From NCBI GenBank assembly GCA_963727485.1, contig CAVSGM010000001.1, forward strand, positions 96,001 through 160,000: a stretch of DNA of 64,000 nt, read 5' to 3'. Below, one piece after another: positions 58,637 to 64,000 of the stretch (position 1 is the stretch's first letter; each line of letters starts with the position of its first letter). A program made the position numbers and the translations under genes. Under the pieces are notes generated by a model. That model saw only the letters and a list, made by a program, of their open reading frames with translations. It ran no database searches and was not told the origin of the DNA. The DNA is from an uncultured delta proteobacterium. Its GTDB lineage: Bacteria > Myxococcota > Myxococcia > SLRQ01.

Positions 58637-59071
58637 ATGGCCGGTCGACTCACCCAGCTCCTCGAAGCCCTCCCCACCCGCGGCACCGTCCACCTCCGGG
58701 TGCGCCTGCCCCGGAAGGCCGTCGCCGCCGGCGACGCCATCGCCGCCACCCTCATCCTCCGGGCCGAGGGCCGCGGGGGCCGGGTCAAGGGGCTCACCCT
58801 GCGCCTCGAGCGCCACGACTGGGACGGGGCCCACGCCGTGGCCACCACCGAGGGCGGCCTCAACTTCCTGGTGCGCCCCGGGGTCGAGGTGACCTACCCG
58901 GTGGCGGTGCCCGTCGACGCCGACGCGGTGCCCTCGGGGACCCGCTCCCACTACGCCCTGGTGGCCGAGGGCCGGGTGGGCTTCCGGCAGGTCCGCACCG
59001 AGACCCGGGTGGTGGTCCTCCCGGTGCCCGAGGAGGATCCCGACGAGATCCTCCGCCGCGGCGTCGCCTGA
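58637..59071 (+). CDS. Hypothetical protein, possibly SpoOM/arrestin-N-like beta-sandwich
   Basis: Alternating beta-strand pattern and host-like codon usage; fold is a guess. Confidence 0.5.
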   Translation: MAGRLTQLLEALPTRGTVHLRVRLPRKAVAAGDAIAATLILRAEGRGGRVKGLTLRLERHDWDGAHAVATTEGGLNFLVRPGVEVTYPVAVPVDADAVPSGTRSHYALVAEGRVGFRQVRTETRVVVLPVPEEDPDEILRRGVA

Positions 59072-59096
59072 TCCCGCGTCGTCCGGTGGGCCGTCC

Positions 59097-60554
59097 CTAG
59101 GCAGCGCGCCGCGCGCCCGGCGGCCGGGCCCCGAAGCGCAGGGCCAGGGCGTCGACCCGGTAGGCGAAGAGCCGCCGCAGGGCCCGGGCCACGAAGAGGC
59201 GGTGGACCAGGCGCCCGAGGGGACCGAGGGGCAGGGCGTACCAGACCCGGTCGGCCATCAGGCTCCCGCCGGCCCGGGGGTGGACCCGGTGCTCGTGGAG
59301 CCAGGTGCGGTAGGGCCCCGAGACCTGCTCGTCGGCGAAGCGGCGCCCGGGCTCCCACACCCGGATCGCCGCCTTCCAGCCGAGGCGCAGGGGGCCGACG
59401 CGGAGGTGGTAGCGGATGGTCGTGCCCACCCTCACCGGCCCGGCCGGCGCCTCGATGCGCAGGTCCATGTCCGCGGGGGTGAGCAGGCCCAGGTTCTCCG
59501 GCGCCGAGAGGAAGGCGAAGACCGTCTCCGCCGAGGCGGGCACCTCGCAGGTGGCCTCCAGGCGGTAGGTGGGGCGGCTGCCGGCCTGGGCCAGGGCCAC
59601 CGGGGCCCCGGCGGCGCCGACGGGTCGGATGGCCGGGATCTTGGCCGGGTCGAAGAGGGCGGCCAGCGCCCCCTCGAGGGCCGGGTACCGGAACTCGAAG
59701 CCCAGGGCGGTGAGCACCCCGGGGAAGGCCCGCTGGCCGGTGGTGATCGCCCGGGTGGCGTCGCCGAGGGCCAGGCGCTGGAGGAGGCCGGGCACGGGCA
59801 CCCACGCCGGGCGGTCGAGGGCCCGGGCCAGGGCCTGGGTGAAGGTGCGGCCGTCGACCGACTCCGGCGCCACCGCGTTCACCGGACCCCGGAGGCGCCG
59901 ATCGGTGAGGCAGCGGACGACGATCTCGGCCAGGTCGTGGAGGTGGATCCAGCTCACCGCCTGGGTCCCCCGGCCCAGGCGGCCGCCGAGGCCCGCGCGG
60001 AACCAGGGGGCCAGCCGGCCGATGACCCCGCCGTCGGTCCCCAGCACCAGCCCCAGGCGCAGGCGCACCGTCCGCACCCCGGCGGCCTCGGCGGCGACGG
60101 CGGCGTCCTCCCAGGCGCGCATCACCTGGGCCACCGGCCCGTCCCCCGGGGCCTCGGCCTCGGTGACCGCCGCGTCCCCGCGGTTGCCGTAGATGAACAC
60201 CGCGCTCGCCGACACCAGCACCCGCTCGCCCTTCGGCGCCGCCCCCAGGGCCTCGACCACCCGGCGGGTCGTCTCCACCCGGCTCTCCCGGAGGGCCCGG
60301 CGGTTCCGGGGGGCAAAGCCGCGGCCGAGGAGCGAGGCGCCGGCGAGGTTCACCACCCCGTCGCTCGCCGCCACCGCCGCGTTCAGGGCGGCCTGTCCCC
60401 CGCGGGCGTCGAGGAGCTCGACCTCGGCGCCGAGGCGGCTGCCGGCCCGGGCCGGGTCCCGGGTCCAGGCGACCACCCGGTGGCCGTCCCGGAGGAGGCG
60501 GGCGGTGACGGCGCGGCCCACGAGGCCCGTGGCGCCGGTGATGACGACCTGCAT
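59097..60554 (-). CDS. TIGR01777/YfcH-like NAD-dependent epimerase fused to an SRPBCC domain
   Basis: ITGATGLVG, VVNLAGAS, SRVETT, LGGRLG.G.Q..SWIH; C-terminal VF.F...ENL..LTP..F.DEQ..GPY..W.HEH. Confidence 0.88.
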   Translation of the reverse strand: MQVVITGATGLVGRAVTARLLRDGHRVVAWTRDPARAGSRLGAEVELLDARGGQAALNAAVAASDGVVNLAGASLLGRGFAPRNRRALRESRVETTRRVVEALGAAPKGERVLVSASAVFIYGNRGDAAVTEAEAPGDGPVAQVMRAWEDAAVAAEAAGVRTVRLRLGLVLGTDGGVIGRLAPWFRAGLGGRLGRGTQAVSWIHLHDLAEIVVRCLTDRRLRGPVNAVAPESVDGRTFTQALARALDRPAWVPVPGLLQRLALGDATRAITTGQRAFPGVLTALGFEFRYPALEGALAALFDPAKIPAIRPVGAAGAPVALAQAGSRPTYRLEATCEVPASAETVFAFLSAPENLGLLTPADMDLRIEAPAGPVRVGTTIRYHLRVGPLRLGWKAAIRVWEPGRRFADEQVSGPYRTWLHEHRVHPRAGGSLMADRVWYALPLGPLGRLVHRLFVARALRRLFAYRVDALALRFGARPPGARRAA

Positions 60555-60712
60555 GATGTCCTTCCAATCGGCGATGTGCGGGCGTGGTTGAGGGGTGGCG
60601 CCCACCGGGCCGTCGCCGGGGCGCGGGCGCCAGCCGGGACACGATGGGGCCGCGGGCCGCCTCGCGAAAGGGGGGTGGCGGTCCCCGGATCCGGGGAGCA
60701 ACCTGACCCTCC

Positions 60713-62162
60713 GTGATCCCCCCGAGCCGCCTGCGCACCCTCGAGGACCGGCCGATCCGGCCGGAGGGCGACCACGTCCTCTACTGGATGGTCGCCGCGC
60801 GGCGCACCCGGCACAGCTTCGCCCTGGCCCACGCCGCGGCCCGGGCCGCCGAGCTGGGAAAGCCCCTGGTGGTCCTCGAGGCCCTGCGCGCCGGCCACCT
60901 CTGGGCGAACGACCGCCTCCACGCCTTCGTCCTCGAGGGCATGGCCGACAACGCCCGGGCCTTCGCCGACCGGGGCGTCGCCTACCACCCCTACCTCGAG
61001 CCCGAGCCCGGGGCCGGCCGGGGGCTGCTGGCGGCGCTGGCCGAGCGGGCGTGCTCGGTGGTCACCGACGACGCGCCCTTCTACTTCCTCCCGCGGATGG
61101 TCGCCGCGGCGGCGGAGAGGCTCCCGGTGCGCCTGGAGCTGGTGGACGGCAACGGCCTCCTGCCCCTCGCCGACTCGCACCCGGTGCGGGGCCAGGCGGT
61201 GCACTTCCGCCGGGACCTCCAGAAGCGCCTCCCGGGCCACCTCGATCACCGGCCCCCGGCGGATCCCCTGGCGGAGGTGGAGCTCCCCGGCCCGTGCCCT
61301 GCCCGAGGCCATCCGGCGCCGCTGGCCCGCCGCCACCGCGGACGACCTCGCCGGGAAGACCCTGGGCGGCCTGCCCATCGACCACGACGTCCCCCGCGCC
61401 GAGCTGCAAGGAGGCGAGGCCGCGGCCCAGCGGCGCCTCGCAGGCTTCCTCGACGGCGGCCTCGACCGCTACGCCGAGGGCCACGACCACCCGGACGACG
61501 ACGCGGTCAGCGGCCTGTCGCCCTACCTCCACTTCGGCCACCTCTCCGTCCACGAGGTCTTCGCCGCCGTCGCCGAGCGCGAGGGCTGGACCCCGGAGGC
61601 CGTCTCCCCCCCGAACGGCAAGCGCGGCTGGTACGGGATGTCGCCTGCGGCCGAGGCGTTCCTGGAGCAGCTGGTGACCTGGCGGGAGCTCTCGCTCAAC
61701 GCCTACGGCGCCGGCAATCCCACCACGTGGGCCTCGCTCCCGCCCTGGGCCCGTCAGACCCTCCTCGCCCACGCCGGCGACCCCCGGCCCCACCTCTACG
61801 ACCGCGACGCCTTCGAGCAGGCGGCCACCCACGACCCGGTGTGGAACGCCGCCCAGCGCCAGCTCCGGGAGACCGGGACCCTCCACACCTACCTGCGGAT
61901 GCTCTGGGGCAAGAAGATCCTCGAGTGGAGCGAGAGCCCCGAGGCGGCGCTTCAGACCATGATCGCCCTCAACGACCGGTGGGCCCTCGACGGCCGGGAC
62001 CCGAACAGCTACGCGGGCATCGGCTGGGTGCTGGGCCGCTACGACCGCCCCTGGCCCGAGCGGGCGATCTACGGGCGGGTGCGCTCGATGTCGAGTGCGC
62101 GCACGGTGAAGAAGGTGCGGATGGCCCGCTACCTCGCGCGCTTCAGTCGAGCTTCACCGTGA
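60713..62162 (+). CDS. phr: Class II CPD photolyase; frameshift near 61295
   Basis: VLYWM N-terminus; SGLSPYLHFGHLS, FLEQLVTWRELS, THDPVWNAAQ, YLRMLWGKKILEW, LDGRDPNSYAGI. Confidence 0.88.
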
Positions 62163-64000
62163 GCTTGTTCTCGTCGCCCTTGGTGATCTTCACCTGCACC
62201 GTCTTCTTCTGCTGCCCGTCGTCGCTCTGGAGCACCAGGTGGTGGTCCCCGGGGGCCAGCGCGAGGCGGAACACCGGCGTGGTCATCCCCGAGTCGTGGC
62301 CGTCGACGATCACCCGGGCCCAGGGCGTCGACTGGATCGACAGCCACCCCACGTCGCCCTCTGGCGCGGTGGGCGCCGCGCCCGCGTCGTCCTGGCTCCA
62401 ACCGTCGGCCTGGGCCTGCTTGAGCCGCCCGTAGACCTGCGCCTCCCGCTTCATCAGGGCGTCCTGACCCTGCTGCTTGTAGAGGGTCGCCAGGCCCGCG
62501 TGGATCTCGGGGTCGAAGGGGTTGATGCCCACCGCCTTCACGTAGGCCTGCTCGGCGAGGTCCCACTTCTTCATCAGGAAGTAGAGCCGCCCCAGGTGCA
62601 CGTAGGTGGTGACGAAGGTCGGGTTGGGGGCCACCGCCGCCTCGAGGATCTTCCGGGCGGCGTCGTAGTCCTTGAGGTTCATCAGGGTCAGCGCCAGCTT
62701 GTCACTGAGCAGCGGCGCCTTGGGCCCCACCAGGGCGTAGGCCTTCCGGTACTCCACCGCCGCGGCCTTCTCGCGCCCGCGCATCCGCAAAAGCTCGCCG
62801 AGGTGGGCGAAGCGCCTGGCCTTGGGATCGTCCACGTCGGCGTCGCCCGAGGCCTTCTTCCCCGCCCGGGGGGCGTCGCCCTTGAAGGTGAGGTGCCGCG
62901 CGGTCGCCGCGGGATCGGTGTGCAGCGGCCGGCGCTTGAGCCACGTCCGCCAGGCCGCCTGGAAGCCGTCCAGGGACAGCCCCAGGGCCCCCTTAATCGC
63001 CTGGGGCACGGTCTTGCCGTCCTTGAGCTCGGCCATCAGCTTGCGGATGGTGGGGTAGCCGCCGTGGTCCTTCACGATCCAGGAGACCGCGCTCTCCACC
63101 TCGGCGAAGGCCAGCGCCGTGTCGTCCTGGGACGGCAGGAGCGCCATCGACGGGTACATCTGCTTGAAGGTGATGAACTTGCGCTTCCCGGCGATGGCCT
63201 GGGCCAACAGCCCCTCGGCGTAGGGAGAGATGGCCCGACCCCCGGCGCCGTCCCAGCGGGTCTCCTCGAACTTGGCGAGGCCCTCGTGGAGCCAGATGGG
63301 CACGGTGTTGTGGGAGACGTGCATGATCACGAAGTGCACGTACTCGTGGGTCACCGTGTCCAGCCAGGAGTAGCCCCGCAAGAGCGAGCCGGGGTTGGTG
63401 ATCATCAGCTTGTCGTGCTTGCAGATGGCGATGGTGCCGCTGGTCTTGATCGCCTTGACCGTGAGCCCGGTGGCGGCCGAGAGGTCGGCGGCCGAGGGGT
63501 AGACCTCCACCACCACCCGGCGCTTGGGGTACCAGTCGAAGTCGCCGCCGACGTTCCGGTAGGCCTTCTCCAGGGTGTCGAGGGCGTAGGGCAGGAGGAT
63601 CTCGTCGACCCCCTTGGGGACCCGCACCTCGAAGTGGGCACTGCTCCGGCTCACGTAGCCCCGGGTGATCTTCCCGGTGGCCTCGGCGTAGCGGAGGATC
63701 GGGTCGTCGGTGGGGTGGCCGGCGGTGGCCCGGGTCATCAGGGCCACGGCGCCGGCGTAGTCCTGCTGGTAGAACTTCGCCTTCCCCGCCAGGTACTCCA
63801 CCGCCGGGAGGCCCGGGTGGGCCTGGTAGAGGGACTCGGCGATGTGGAACGCCTCGGAGAAGCGCCACTCGCTCATCAGCCGGTTGGCCCGGGCGATCTG
63901 GGCGTCGATGCGGTGGATCTCCTGGGCGGCGCCGGTGCGTCCCTGGGGGACGGCGGCGTGCGCCCCGGCGAGGGGCGCGGCGAGGGCGAGGAACATCACC
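62143..64000 (-). CDS. Secreted TPR + gluzincin (peptidase MA-like) + PEGA protein; start at or beyond the window edge
   Basis: Signal peptide, HEYVH...WLHEGLA zinc motif, TPRs, C-terminal PEGA (STPWARVIVDG..TP..L.PG.H). Confidence 0.8.
   Translation of the reverse strand, partial: VMFLALAAPLAGAHAAVPQGRTGAAQEIHRIDAQIARANRLMSEWRFSEAFHIAESLYQAHPGLPAVEYLAGKAKFYQQDYAGAVALMTRATAGHPTDDPILRYAEATGKITRGYVSRSSAHFEVRVPKGVDEILLPYALDTLEKAYRNVGGDFDWYPKRRVVVEVYPSAADLSAATGLTVKAIKTSGTIAICKHDKLMITNPGSLLRGYSWLDTVTHEYVHFVIMHVSHNTVPIWLHEGLAKFEETRWDGAGGRAISPYAEGLLAQAIAGKRKFITFKQMYPSMALLPSQDDTALAFAEVESAVSWIVKDHGGYPTIRKLMAELKDGKTVPQAIKGALGLSLDGFQAAWRTWLKRRPLHTDPAATARHLTFKGDAPRAGKKASGDADVDDPKARRFAHLGELLRMRGREKAAAVEYRKAYALVGPKAPLLSDKLALTLMNLKDYDAARKILEAAVAPNPTFVTTYVHLGRLYFLMKKWDLAEQAYVKAVGINPFDPEIHAGLATLYKQQGQDALMKREAQVYGRLKQAQADGWSQDDAGAAPTAPEGDVGWLSIQSTPWARVIVDGHDSGMTTPVFRLALAPGDHHLVLQSDDGQQKKTVQVKITKGDENKLTVKLD

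Overview
A very GC-rich bacterial chromosomal window (roughly 70-75% GC by eye). The gene repertoire (PEGA proteins, Cys-rich lipoproteins, DUF3857/transglutaminase pair, ArsA pair) suggests Myxococcota/deltaproteobacteria, which is an inference. About 48 genes are supported: pssA-pgpA-cinA-membrane protein; a 1473-aa Cys-rich lipoprotein; rluA; a PEGA/Cys-rich/TPAT-like TRAP operon; an IS481 with 6-bp target duplication; two TPR-DUF3857-transglutaminase genes; TetR-ABC; tolC-exbB-exbD-tonB; adenylate cyclase; ADH; three paralogous beta-helix lipoproteins; ltaE plus a deleted duplicate; TetR-monooxygenase-DUF1858; an ArsA pair with two small lipoproteins; a GT21; MoxR-DUF58-BatA; TIGR01777-SRPBCC; a class II photolyase; and a TPR-gluzincin-PEGA protein. 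I saw no rRNA, tRNA or CRISPR array. The most unusual signals are: (i) a non-coding ~127-bp, four-hairpin tandem array at 9817-10344; (ii) a ~98%-identical, in-frame-deleted ltaE copy beside a strongly diverged lipoprotein paralog, suggesting cassette swapping; (iii) TolC coupled to ExbBD-TonB with no TonB receptor; (iv) the PEGA/Cys-rich/TPAT operon; (v) ten genes with TANNNT 6-7 nt before the start codon, suggesting leaderless mRNAs. About 11 apparent small indels break otherwise intact genes and are probably consensus errors. All family calls come from motif recognition, not database searches.
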